Positions 1 to 11,495 of a stretch of DNA of 64,000 bases are shown here, one piece after another. The stretch is taken from the sequence record MZ422438.1; one strand, written 5' to 3'. The translations under genes were made by a program, and so were the position numbers. Under the pieces are notes generated by a model. That model was not told the origin of the DNA, searched no databases, and was given only the letters and a program-made list of their open reading frames with translations. Each line of letters begins with the position of its first letter. Position 1 is the first letter of the stretch.

Positions 1-249
1 AAATAATTTATCCATAAAGTTTTCAATATCAGAAGTAGTTTTCTTAATGGGTTTAATTTCTTTAATTATTTCATTAGTATATTTATTCGTTTCATCTGCT
101 TGTTCTTTAATTGCATTTAAAACAGCATCAGTTTTCTTCTTATGTGCTTCAAATTCTTCTTTTGTAATATATTTTTCTTTATCAATATATTTATCGTTAT
201 CTTTTCTTTTAAATATCCTTTTTAGTAGTGCAGTGAACTTTTCCATCAT
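1..249 (-). CDS. Hypothetical coiled-coil protein, runs off the window edge (partial)
   Basis: Manual translation MMEKFTALLKRIFKRKDNDK...FMDKLF with no stop before base 1; AAGGTGG-type RBS upstream; absent from the ORF track because it has no stop. Confidence 0.7.
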   Translation of the reverse strand, partial: MMEKFTALLKRIFKRKDNDKYIDKEKYITKEEFEAHKKKTDAVLNAIKEQADETNKYTNEIIKEIKPIKKTTSDIENFMDKLF

Positions 250-268
250 CCTTAAACCCACCTTATTT

Positions 269-730
269 TTATTTTAATAAAAGGTCGGGTACGATATTAA
301 TAGCTGAAACAATTATACCACTCAGAGCAGGTAACAATGCTAACCATATTTTATTTCTGCTTTCACTATTATCTAATTTATGACTATGTGATAATTGTGT
401 TGTTTCAAGATTCCCTATTCGTTCATCTGAAGATTTTGTAAATGAATCTATTTTTGTCCTAGTTTCATTTTTAACTTCCTCGATATTTGAATTAAATCTT
501 TCACCAAGATCATCAATTTTATTAAAAATTTGACTTGAGAAATCATCAAATTTTTCTTTAATATTATCTACATTTTGACTTATTTTAGCAATCTCTATAT
601 TTGTATCATTTAGTTTTGTTGAATTTTCATCAGTTTTCTTCTTAATATCTGAAGTAGTTTGATTATAGTTGTCGATAAAAAGTTTAAATTCATTTCTGGA
701 AACTAGTTCTTTTTCTGAGTTATTTGCCAA
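269..730 (-). CDS. Coiled-coil protein with C-terminal transmembrane helix (XhlA/holin-accessory-like)
   Basis: Heptad-rich N-part, then hydrophobic IWLALLPALSGIIVSAINIV; TTG start after GGGGGTGAGG RBS; overlaps the upstream membrane gene. Confidence 0.55.
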   Translation of the reverse strand: MANNSEKELVSRNEFKLFIDNYNQTTSDIKKKTDENSTKLNDTNIEIAKISQNVDNIKEKFDDFSSQIFNKIDDLGERFNSNIEEVKNETRTKIDSFTKSSDERIGNLETTQLSHSHKLDNSESRNKIWLALLPALSGIIVSAINIVPDLLLK

Positions 731-1164
731 AACCTCACCCCCCCAGTTATAGTAGCCATACCGTTAAATACCGATATGATTAATAGACGGTTAAAGTTTG
801 ACTTAATGAGAGTATTTGTATCGTTTACTGCAGAAGCATAAATTATCCATGCTATTGTTGCAAAGAAACATGATATCGCTATTATAATATATCTAGAGGG
901 TTTCTTATAAGATATAAACGCCGATATAATGAGTAATGAACCAGTAACAACAAAGATATATGACCATATAATTATGGGAAATACCCTATTTAACATAATA
1001 TATGTTTCAGAAGTAAGTAATACACTAGATTCGGCAATATTAAAACTGATTCCCGTACTTAATGATAATAATCCTAATAGGATTAATAGAGATTGTTCCA
1101 TCAAAAGAATATAATTAAATTCATTCATAAATTTTTTAATTATATTTTTCATTATAATAAACAA
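703..1164 (-). CDS. Small multi-pass membrane protein (holin-like)
   Basis: About 4 hydrophobic segments; coupled to the XhlA-like gene; true start may be ATG at 1152. Confidence 0.5.
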   Translation of the reverse strand: MFIIMKNIIKKFMNEFNYILLMEQSLLILLGLLSLSTGISFNIAESSVLLTSETYIMLNRVFPIIIWSYIFVVTGSLLIISAFISYKKPSRYIIIAISCFFATIAWIIYASAVNDTNTLIKSNFNRLLIISVFNGMATITGGVRFWQITQKKN

Positions 1165-1169
1165 TCCTT

Positions 1170-2087
1170 TCAGAAAATATCAATAGCACTTACCCGATTT
1201 AATAATTCATTCCACTGAGCTTCAGTCGGAAATCCATTATCACCTTTTGCACCTTTAAGACTAGCTAACCATTCAGCTTCAGTTCCACTAAATCCAGATG
1301 CTTTTGCTAGGTCGTAAGCAGACTTACCGTTATCACCAGTGCTTCCTTTATCGCCTTTATCACCTTTTGCGCCTTTAATACTAGCTAACCATTGAGTTAA
1401 TGTACCGTTAAATCCATCAGCAACTGCTAAGTAGTAAGCAGACTTACCGTTATCACCATTATCACCTTTTGCGCCTTTAAGACTAGCTAACCATTCAGCT
1501 TCAGTTCCACTAAATCCAGCTAATTTTGCTAGTTCGTAAGCAGACTTACCGTTATCTCCAGTGCTTCCTTTATCGCCTTTTGCACCTTTAATACTAACTA
1601 ACCATTCGGCTTCAGTTCCACTAAAGCCGGCTAATTTTGCTAGTTCGTAAGCAGAATTACCGTTATCACCAGTGCTTCCTTTATCGCCTTTGTCGCCTTT
1701 TGCACCTTTAAGACTAGCTAACCATTCGGCTTCAGTTCCACTAAATCCATCTAATTTTGCTAGATCGTAAGCAGACTTACCCTCTTCACCATCAACTCCG
1801 GGATCACCCTTTGGTCCACGGTCACTATCGGAAACGGTATCATCTACGATATCTTCATTAGGTTTATGATAGTTAACTTGAGATATTTCATCAATATTAC
1901 TAATTACATTAGTAACTCTTCCCGCTTCAGAATACGTTAATACAAGTTCATCACGATCATATTTTAATGTACCACTACGTTTAATATCTTTTACTAGTAC
2001 TCGATGATCTGAGTATATTGATGTGATTATTATTTCATTTTTGTTATGTCTATCGATGTATTCTTCTATTCTATATCCTATAGCCAT
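1170..2087 (-). CDS. Collagen-like repeat tail-fibre/whisker protein
   Basis: Gly-X-Y runs (GDKGDKGSTGDNG) alternating with five GKSAYxLAxxxGFSGTEAEWLASLKG units; late promoter motif upstream. Confidence 0.8.
   Translation of the reverse strand: MAIGYRIEEYIDRHNKNEIIITSIYSDHRVLVKDIKRSGTLKYDRDELVLTYSEAGRVTNVISNIDEISQVNYHKPNEDIVDDTVSDSDRGPKGDPGVDGEEGKSAYDLAKLDGFSGTEAEWLASLKGAKGDKGDKGSTGDNGNSAYELAKLAGFSGTEAEWLVSIKGAKGDKGSTGDNGKSAYELAKLAGFSGTEAEWLASLKGAKGDNGDNGKSAYYLAVADGFNGTLTQWLASIKGAKGDKGDKGSTGDNGKSAYDLAKASGFSGTEAEWLASLKGAKGDNGFPTEAQWNELLNRVSAIDIF
1243..1810 (-). repeat. Five imperfect tandem coding repeats (~100-120 bp units)
   Basis: Recurrent ctagctaaccattc(a/g)gcttcagttccactaaa and gcagacttaccgttatc blocks. 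Confidence 0.9.
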
Positions 2088-2169
2088 TTTATTATATCAT
2101 CCCTTTCGTATAAAGAAACCTTTATATAATTTTTTGTTTTATATATTGGAGTTCTAAATATAAAAATTA

Positions 2170-4059
2170 TTATGATTTGTATATATTAATAACATCTATA
2201 ATTCTAAGCTGTGCTTCTTGATATAATTTATTCTTCCAATCTTCACCTAAGTCAATAATTTTATTTTTTGGTAATGTTTCTAGTAATTCAATCTTATTTT
2301 CACGTATATCGGTAGTAATTACATCATTATCGTCATATACGGTTAATGATTTATAATTATATTTATAAAATGATAATTCTATAAATCTACCTATATCGTT
2401 TATATTATTTTTTCCTATAACTACTAATTTAGGTATCATATAATCATTATAATCAACTTCAATAGCATTATCGTTATCAATATATTCAATAGTTGTATGA
2501 ATTTTATCATCTTCAGTAATTACTTCTGGAAGATTATATGGTTTAATACTGAAGTCAAAACCATATTTTTCAGAATAGTTATACGTATCTGTAATATTAA
2601 CAGAATAGTTTCGTATTCCTTCATTTTGAATTGAATTAATATCGTCTATATTATTAAATAAATAAATATTATCAATATTTGGTAGTTCTAAATAATGATA
2701 ATTATTGAATTCTCTTTCTAGTACTGTTTCACTAAAGAACATTGAATCAAAAAGATAATCATCATCATTGTTAGAAGTAATAATAAACGTATTAATACCT
2801 TTATTAAGTTTAATTTTATTAGCATATTCGTAAACATTTGTTTGTTCATTATAAATGCTTAATCGATCATGAGATATACCTTGACTATTATATTTATACG
2901 TATATGACAATCCGTTAATATTTACTTTTGCATTACGATTATATTTATCACTAGGATTATATCCAGTAATATATACATATTTCTCAATATCATTTTCTAG
3001 GTTAATCTTAAATTCGATATTACCTTTATTTATCTTTACTAATTTATTAGATAATAAGTTATTATAAGTATTATCAACAATCTCTGAAGTATTATCATCA
3101 TTTACTGTTTTTAATGAAGATGATAATTCATATCCTGTAATATTTCCATTAATTTTTATAGGATCGATGAAATGATTATATATTGGAACATGGTTAATAA
3201 TTGCTTTTCTAAGAACTAAAATATTAAAATCTACATTTTTTGTATTTCTAGGTTGACCTGACTTTAATAATATTTCTTCAATATAATCATTATGGTCAGC
3301 ATTAATAATATTATTGTTGATTTGATTCTGAGTATACATACTATACTGTTTAGGAGTTATATCTTGCCATACATTCTTGTTATTACCATTAGTTGTTAAA
3401 CTTCTTTCAATATTATTAATAAAGATTGAAGATGTTTTAGATGTCAGATTATTACTTCCCATATATACCGTCATATTGTAATTATTCATTTCAGGAATAA
3501 ATATCTTCATTCTTAAATACCCATCTTCTAATCGAACATAACCCTTTCCAAAATATTTTAAATAGTCAGAAGTCATTCGTGATCCAGAAGTTTTAGTATC
3601 TTCATATTCAAATATTGTTCCATCATAACATTCATATACATAAGTACCGTCAGCTAGTATAGACGGATATATGACTCCATCATTATTGATATAACCATGA
3701 GTAATGATATCCTGATCAAAAATAATATCTTTTGGATAGTGTGGATGACAATAACACTCTCCATTACAATTACACCCATTATCACAGTCATCATCATCGT
3801 CATCACCATTATTAGGTGGAGTAAATTTATTATTAATGTAATTTACCATTGTTATACTGGTAGGATCAACAATACTTTGAACTTTTCCATTCTTATCAGT
3901 AAAATTTATTTTAAAATCTTTATGTTCTAATAAGCCATCATGATTAATATCTTTAATTAATGTCTTAACATTAGAATCGATTGATGTAATATCAATTAAT
4001 CCTGAGTTATGATCATCAATCATTTCTTCAATACGATAAACTTTCATATTTTGTTTCAC
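2170..4059 (-). CDS. Putative receptor-binding/tail appendage protein with carbohydrate-binding-like beta-sandwich modules
   Basis: N-terminus homologous to the collagen-fibre gene; LNKGINTFII...LFDSMFF resembles CBM6/35-type ends; late promoter upstream. Confidence 0.5.
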   Translation of the reverse strand: MKQNMKVYRIEEMIDDHNSGLIDITSIDSNVKTLIKDINHDGLLEHKDFKINFTDKNGKVQSIVDPTSITMVNYINNKFTPPNNGDDDDDDCDNGCNCNGECYCHPHYPKDIIFDQDIITHGYINNDGVIYPSILADGTYVYECYDGTIFEYEDTKTSGSRMTSDYLKYFGKGYVRLEDGYLRMKIFIPEMNNYNMTVYMGSNNLTSKTSSIFINNIERSLTTNGNNKNVWQDITPKQYSMYTQNQINNNIINADHNDYIEEILLKSGQPRNTKNVDFNILVLRKAIINHVPIYNHFIDPIKINGNITGYELSSSLKTVNDDNTSEIVDNTYNNLLSNKLVKINKGNIEFKINLENDIEKYVYITGYNPSDKYNRNAKVNINGLSYTYKYNSQGISHDRLSIYNEQTNVYEYANKIKLNKGINTFIITSNNDDDYLFDSMFFSETVLEREFNNYHYLELPNIDNIYLFNNIDDINSIQNEGIRNYSVNITDTYNYSEKYGFDFSIKPYNLPEVITEDDKIHTTIEYIDNDNAIEVDYNDYMIPKLVVIGKNNINDIGRFIELSFYKYNYKSLTVYDDNDVITTDIRENKIELLETLPKNKIIDLGEDWKNKLYQEAQLRIIDVINIYKS

Positions 4060-4084
4060 CTACTATCCGTTTAATATTATATTG

Positions 4085-5518
4085 TTATCTTAAAAATTTT
4101 AGGACTTTTTGACCTATTCCATATTTAATATCTTTAAATTTATTATCTAATGACCTAAATGATAAAACTTGGACTGCTCTATCCCTAGTCATCAACAAGT
4201 TTGTTTTAATACGTTTCATTAGGTTTAATTCATCATAACGCATTCCTGCCATACACTCAATATATGATGTTAATCCAATATTATATCTTAATTGCTTAAT
4301 ACGCTTAGAAGCCATTAGGTTAGGATATAAGTCACGTACTTGCATAGATACGGTTACTTCACGAGGAAAGTTTTCAGCAGTCCATGTTTGTTCTTCGCCA
4401 CGAACCATATTTATTGATGATATTACGCCACATTCACATTCAAATCTTCCTGGACAAGACATTCTAACCAAGAAAGGTTGTTTATAACTATAATATGCGT
4501 CTTGTAACGGTAAACCTAATACCAGTAAAGATACAAATGGTACATATACATAATTGAATATCGCTCTAGGATCTCCATAAGGAGTATAGAATCTAAATTC
4601 TAAATTATACGATCTATCGAAAGTAGAGTTTGACCATAAGTCTGGATAGTATAACTGAGAACCATCTAGATTTTCAGTAAACGCACCAACTAAGCTACCC
4701 AATACCGGAATTGTTTCAATAACGTCTGTTATCATATCCTTGATTCCATCAGTAATAGCACCCAATAATCCTCCGCCGCCAATTCAGGCAAGAGTTTTAT
4801 TTTCTCTAATTTCAGCCTGTTTACTATTAGATTCACTAGCTAAAGAAGACTGAGAATAATCATTAGATGAACTTTCTGATACGCTGGTTGATTTATTTGC
4901 ATAGAAAGCAATGCCGTAGTTATCACCATTATTATATTTACTAAAATCGAAAACACCTTCTAATCCCATAGAATGATATATATAGCTTAGTATTGTTTGT
5001 ACATATCGATAATACTCTTCGTAATTTTGTTTAAACGATATAAATCTTCCATCACTAAACTTATTTGCATTAATCATTGGAAAGACATTATCTTCAATTT
5101 TCTCTCCAATACCGAAAAGATTAAAAGTGTTTCCTGACATACTACCAAATAATTTCTTATTTAGTCTAGGTTTTCCGGGAGTAATAAATATTACTGGTAG
5201 ATCATTTTCGAATGTATTTCGGTACACTCTAGAGTTTGCATCATCTAATGGACCATATTTAAGTGGCATACCTAATACCCTTATATTATCTTTACCATAT
5301 GAAGCATCAAACGTATCTATTTTAGTATTTCCAAAAGCATTAATAGTTTCTCCCATTGCATTGACATATAGACCTTCATTATTAACTTGTGAAGGGTCAA
5401 TATCATCTTCTTGCATTAGTGTGTCTCCCTCAACTCCACTGTCTGGTTTTACAATATAAAAATCATCATCTGAATCCGTATTATTATTAGAATTTTTATT
5501 ACTTACTAAATCAGGCAT
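4085..5518 (-). CDS. Baseplate/tail-tube initiator-like protein (T4 gp48/gp54-like); one gene interrupted by an in-frame TGA at 4784-4786
   Basis: Track ORFs 4784..5557 and 4085..4765 are in the same frame (TLA*IGGGGLLGAITD). C-half YPDLWSNSTFDRSYNLEFRF...GVISSINM resembles tube-cap folds. ATG 5518 has an RBS. Confidence 0.55.
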
Positions 5519-5543
5519 ATTTTCACCACTTTCAAAATAAATT

Positions 5544-5584
5544 TTCCTTGAGACCAAATTTAATACATTTATGGTCTCAAGGAA
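5544..5584 (-). terminator. Intrinsic terminator-like hairpin after the giant tail lysin gene
   Basis: 13-bp perfect inverted repeat ttccttgagacca/tggtctcaaggaa. Confidence 0.65.
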
Positions 5585-5591
5585 ATAAAAT

Positions 5592-8500
5592 TTAATATCC
5601 CGCTAATATAGGAGTTATACTATTAGGATCAAGTTTAAAGCTTGGTTGATCTAATTTATTATCTCTATCATTTTTATGATCATTTCTAGTTTGTTTTAAG
5701 ATGTTATTCGTTTCATTAGTTAAGTTATTATTAGTTGCTTCTAGTCTACTAATATTTCTAATTTCACGAATTAAATCACTCAATTTGCTGATAGAATCTT
5801 TATCATTCTTATCAATTAATTTATACATCTTATCGAGAATATGATTTACTTTTTTAAGTTCATCATATTTTTCTTTATCATATTGGTAAGGTTTATTAGG
5901 TTTAGCGGAACTTCCATTAGATCCATTTTTACCATTAGAACCGTTAGCACCATTAGATCCGTTTTTACCTCCGGAACCATTCTTTCCACCGCCGTTAGGT
6001 TTAGCGGAACTTCCATTAGATCCGTTTTTACCATTAAAACCGTTAGAACCATTACCATTAGAAGAACCACTAGAACCAGGACTATTATCTCCAGAATATC
6101 AACCCTTAGAGCCACCACTTTTAGAAGGTTCAGCGGTTGCTGAAGTTGAATTACTACCATCTTTACCATTAGAGAAGTCTTCATTATCTCCTTTTAGACC
6201 GTATTCTTTAGCATATTTACTGTTAATACGATCACCGATAGCTTTCTTTTCTTCTTCAGTTAGTTTAAAGTTAGCTCTTGATTTTTGTTCTTCAGTTTCT
6301 TCATTAACTTCTCCAGTACCAGACAGTTCTGCACTACCATCAGCAGTACCTCCAGTGTTTCCACTAACTCTACCAAATCCTACTAATCTACCAAACCAAT
6401 CTGCAGGCATATTTAATGCATCACTACGAATGTTTACACCTTTACTAGATTCAGCATTGATCATTTTCCCTTCACTGATATAAATACCTACGTGGGAAAT
6501 AGAACCATCTGGGTTTGCTGAGAAGAATATCAAATCACCAATAGATAGTTCATCTTTTTTAATTCTTTTAGTAGCTTTATATTGTTCTCTAGAAGTACGT
6601 GGAAGTTTCTTACCGACAGAATTGTATGCATTCATAACTAGACTAGAACAGTCAAAGGTCTTAGTTTTACCTAAACCAGAACTTGGTCCCATTGAGTATG
6701 GAGTACCGATATACTTCTTAGCATATTCTACGTCTTTATATCCTATAGATTGTCCGTCAGTTTTATCAGAACTTCCATTATTGGACATTACAGAACCTAA
6801 ATTACTTCCAATATCTTTACTGGTATTTTTATTTTCTTTACTAGACGATACTTTTTGGTTTGTAAGATCTTTTAGTTTTGCACCCTCTTCTTTAGCACGT
6901 CTTCTTAATCCCGCTTCTTGATTGGTTCCTGCATATTGACCCATATATTGACTTAATCTTTGTTTTTGGACTAAATCAATAATTTGATTGTCTGATAGTT
7001 TACTAATATTTTTTCTGGCTAATGCACGTTTAAATAGACTAGTTGCACCTCCAGCACCATGCTGTACTGAAGCACTTAAAATTAATTCTTGAATACCTCT
7101 AGATCGACCACTTAAATCAGTTCCCAGTGCTTTATTTATTTTAGCTAGTCCTGGATTATAGAAGTCTTTTTGGAAGTATTCTTGTTGTGCTTCACCAAAT
7201 GCTTTATTTTGTCCTAATTTTTTCCAAGAAGCATCAAAGCTAGATGAACCTGGAGAACCACTAAGCTTTTTAGCAAGGTCTGGATGAGCTGATCCTAACC
7301 ATTTAACAAAATTAGCCAGTGATCCTTTAGTAGATGATAATTGGTAAATACCGTAAGATTTACCGCCGGCATCTCCAACCCCACTAGAGATATATCCCGC
7401 ACCACTAAAGTCTTCTTTACCAGTTTCATAAAATCTGGCTACTGAACCAAAGTCTTTTGAAAGATTCTTTCCAGCTCCGGAACCGCCAGAGTTTCCACCA
7501 GTCGATGCAGCATTTGCATTAACGCTACCTAATCCTTTTACAATATCTTTTAATTTATCAGTAATTGATGAGAAGAAATTGCTTATTTTACCCCATACTG
7601 ATTTAGATGGTTTATTTGGATCAAATCCATTTTCCGCCATATTATATAATGCTGCAACCGGAGTAAGACTGAATAAAGATTTAGCAAATGATTTAGGATT
7701 CTTTTTCATATCTTGACCTACTCTAGATGACATTAATTTACTGTATTCAGAACCCATATTCATAACCATTCCTAATGGAGTAGCATCTAAAAAGTCTTTA
7801 AACTTACTTTGTTCTTTACCATCTTTACCTTTATCATCTTTCTTTTTCTTTCTAGCATCATTGAATTTTTCAGCAATACCCATTGGAGTTAATCCGTAAT
7901 AGTGCATCTTTAATCTTATTTTTACGTTCTTCGGATTTTTTCTCTTTATCATTCTTTTTCTTTTCTTTTTCAGCTTTATCACCTTTAATTAAATCCCCAA
8001 TAGAAGGTAATTTAGGAGTGCTTGCAGATTTACCTGATTTAGCACTCGACATTCCTTTTACAATTGATCCTACTAATATAGAACCTAATATTGCTGCACC
8101 GCCAACAGCTAATGCCGGTCCGGCAATTGGAATTCCAGATACTAATGATAGTAATGCCCTTCCACCATTTCCTGCAATCCTAAGAGCTGATGAGATTCCA
8201 GATACTAATTTTTCTCTGGTTGCATTAAATATTGCAGTTCCTCTTTCAGTAACAGTTCTAAATGCTTCAGTTTCACCTAGACTTTTCATTCGAAACATCA
8301 TTCGAGCAATTATTCCTTTTTTACTTTCTGCGGATTCTAGTGCAATATCTTTAGTTGCTGAAGCCATTCTCATTTTAGCTATTAGATTTTCAGTTTTTTC
8401 ACGAATGGAATTGATTGTACCCATTGGATCTTTTACTGATGAAACAATTGATCCTCCAACTTTTTTAGCAGTATCCATAGCAAGACCGCCTGCATTTTTG

Positions 8501-10685
8501 ACCATTACACCAAATTTTGTATCTTTAACCATTCCCCATACAGATCCGGCTGCATTAATGGCTCCAGATATAGTATCTTGGTTAATAATATTATCGGGTT
8601 CACCGCTAATGATATCACCTTTAGTTTTATTATTAAACATATTCATACGATCTTTGGTTTTCTTGATTTTATCTTGCATAGAATGATACTTGGATACAAT
8701 TGAACTACCTAGTTTACTTGAAGGATTTTTAAATGCCGAGCTTGCATCTTTAATTTTGGTTCTAGAGCCATAATCCTCACCGACTGAAATATCTAAGATA
8801 TTTACAGGGTCGCTTGCGTCAGGAGTAACATCTTGACCATTCGCATTTTTTACAAAATCACTCCTAAGGTCTGATACGCTTGATGCAATAATTGACAGAT
8901 ACCCTAGTTTCTTAGATATNTCTANNNAGAATANNTNTCNNCTNNNNATNNTTNTNANTANNTCNANTAAGAATGCANNATTAGAATCTATGATANNGTN
9001 NANCNNNNATCGTCATNANGAGTNATATTNNNNNTANTTTCATTATCAAATAATCCAAATAATGCATTTTTTACTGATCCTAGAGGAGTCTCTGCTTGTA
9101 AATATCTTTGACCTTTTACTTGTGTCTTAAGAACATTTCTTGAAAAAGTTGCACTATTACCATCTATAATCTGTGATAATTTTTCATAGATGTCTCCATC
9201 AAACATGTCTTTGTTATTATCTAATGCAGTACTGTTTTTAATATTATTTTTAGATAATTTGATAATAGTATCTTTAATATTATCATTATCGATTCCTGCT
9301 TCACTCATCATAGATTCTAATGTTGCATTCTTACTAGATTTATTTAAAAGTATGCTGAGTGGAGATTTATTCTCCGTAGAGATTGCTCTATCCATTCCAG
9401 AATTAAAGTTATCTTTAGCTTTACTAGGATCTAACCATTTTCCACTCTTATAATCATATACTAATTTTTGACCTGAAGAAGCTTCTAGCATTTTTGCTAA
9501 ATAACCTGGAATTACCGTATTAATAGTATTATGAGTTTGAGCATCAAAGTTAACAGGTCTGTCTGCTGAAACTCTAGCCATAGAGCTTACTTTTCCTAGA
9601 TTAGCAGGACCAAATTGTCGATTGAGTGAAGTCATTAGTGGATTTTCACCAAAGATTTTCTTAAATTGACCACTAATGATACTTTCGTCACCTTCAACAA
9701 GATTACCTAGTGCTGAATGTATTTTTCCGCCAACTTTACCATTGGGATTAGTTCGATTAAGCGTACCTTTAACCATTCTGTCAATTAATCTTTCTTTATT
9801 TTGGAATGGTCCAATTTCACCAGTAGATAATCTTTCAATAGTGTCATATATTGATGCAGGTATATTTGATACATTCTTATCAAAATAATTTTTTACTCTA
9901 TCTCTTGCATATCTATTTGCTCGTTCATTAATATTTTTAGAGATAGAATTTTTTGCATTTTTAAGTAAGTCTTTAGCGCTTGCATTTCCAGAATTTAGAC
10001 TACTAAGTTTAAACATTGATGATGTTATTTTACCTATTCCAAATATACCAGAAAGCATATCATCCATTAGACCCACATTATTGATACTTGCTTTAGCGCT
10101 TGCTTGAGATATTCTATTCATTTTTTCTAATAATGTAGTAGATTTAGAAGATTGCTCGATTAATTGTGAATAGAATTTGATATTTGTTTGATTCATTTTA
10201 TTTAAGGTATTATTTAACGTAGAAAATCCTCTTGTATTTACCCCAACTACTGAACTTGCTGATACAATAGTAGATTCAACAATTTTATCAATATTTTGTT
10301 CTTCATTTACATCTTCATTATTGATATGATCATTATTATCTTGAGGAGATTCGGTATCAATAATAACTTCAGAGTTAACGCTTGAAGTATTACTTGATTT
10401 TCGATTCATTTTATTTAATGATCTACTTAGTATATCTAACGTGTTTTTACCATAAGCTTCAATACCCAAATTATCTTGGTTCATTGAATTATTTGAAGTT
10501 CTATTATTCTTACTTTCCAGTTTATCGTCTAAATCTTTAGATATACTTCGGTATATATTATTAGCAGACATATTGGATGCAGGAATTCGATTATTTCCTT
10601 TTCCCCAATTTTTATTACCTTTATTCATATTGTCAATATATTTACTTCCCTCTTTAAAAGTGCTATCAATACTTTTATCTGCCAT
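5592..10685 (-). CDS. Giant (~1,700 aa) tail-associated/tape-measure-like protein with lysozyme-like (VgrG3-C-like) and NlpC/P60 peptidoglycan hydrolase domains; disrupted in this assembly
   Basis: Joins track ORFs 8988..10685, 7870..8679, 6099..7982 and 5592..5828 through a frameshift in the N block, a frameshift near 7896 and an in-frame TGA at 6099-6101. Motifs GDAGGKSYGIYQLSS; FDCSSLV...LPRTSREQY...GDLIFF...SHVGIY. Confidence 0.8.
5899..6056 (-). repeat. Direct repeat (99-bp period) encoding a Gly/Ser/Asn-rich linker
   Basis: ggtttagcggaacttccattagatcc..ttttaccatta occurs at ~5899 and ~5998; the real frame reads NGSNGKNGSNGSSAKPN. Confidence 0.8.
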
Positions 10686-10797
10686 TCTAGTGTCTCACCA
10701 ACTTTCATATGTAGAGATTAAATCGCATTATTAATCTTCTTATATATTAATGTTTAAGAATAGTAAAAATCTGATAACTTTAGAAAAAAAAAAAATA

Positions 10798-10826
10798 ACC
10801 ATATAGAGATAATATCTCTATATGGT
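10798..10826 (-). terminator. Intrinsic terminator
   Basis: accatatagagat/atctctatatggt stem plus a long U-run on the minus strand. Confidence 0.8.
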
Positions 10827-10835
10827 AAATATAAT

Positions 10836-11468
10836 TTAAAGATCAATATTAAATTGTGATTTTTCAGTTATAAGAGTATTTAATTCTTCCGCACTATATT
10901 TACTATAACGTTTATTTATAGTACTGCTAATATATTTTAAAATATAAACTAGATTTAATAATACGCTAAATCTTCTTAATTCTTTTTCATCTTTAGATAA
11001 TTCTTTTAGTTTTTTATGATATTTTCTTTCAGGATATTGCCTGCGAATATTAAGGAAAAGTATTTCTGAAATTACATCATTAAATTTATCTATTTGAAGC
11101 TTAGTTTTATATTCGCTAGGTAGTTCTTCTAGAATAATCTTTTTAAAATGATCCTTGTTTAGATTATAATCTACAATAAGATGAGTAATGACTGAACCAA
11201 TATATAAATATATATCCATAATTTCTAAGATAGCTAATTTTTCATTATCCATAGATTGATTGTTTACTTCATATAAATATTCTTGTACTTCTTCCATTAT
11301 CTGAGGGTAAAATCTTTCTAGCATTTTACATTCTGTTTCTTCTGGAAATTTATACTTAGATATCATATGTTTTTGATTTTCAATAAGATTTTCTATAGAG
11401 AATGAGAAACTATTGTTTTCTTCCGTAATAATTGATTTAACTTTATAAGCCAAATTTACAACACCCAC
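10836..11468 (-). CDS. All-alpha NTP pyrophosphohydrolase-like protein (MazG/dimeric dUTPase fold)
   Basis: QIMEEVQEYL...LEIMDIYLY matches the ExxE...ExxD metal-binding pattern. Confidence 0.45.
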   Translation of the reverse strand: MGVVNLAYKVKSIITEENNSFSFSIENLIENQKHMISKYKFPEETECKMLERFYPQIMEEVQEYLYEVNNQSMDNEKLAILEIMDIYLYIGSVITHLIVDYNLNKDHFKKIILEELPSEYKTKLQIDKFNDVISEILFLNIRRQYPERKYHKKLKELSKDEKELRRFSVLLNLVYILKYISSTINKRYSKYSAEELNTLITEKSQFNIDL

Positions 11469-11495
11469 AATCTGTTTATTTATAAGTATTATTAT

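Noticed and set aside
1243-1810. CRISPR-like repeat/spacer array
   Set aside because: The repeats are in-frame coding units of a collagen-like protein; the intervening parts are homologous to each other, not unique spacers.
5846-6184. Track ORF MKTSLMVKMVVIQ... as a separate hydrophobic protein
   Set aside because: It is an off-frame reading of the Gly/Ser/Asn linker; the frame of the 627-aa ORF continues through it.
7883-8686. 267-aa plus-strand ORF, and similar antisense ORFs elsewhere (for example 5127, 13325, 20551, 23530, 50412, 53573)
   Set aside because: Shadow ORFs opposite well-supported genes; no RBS or motifs; explained by codon bias.
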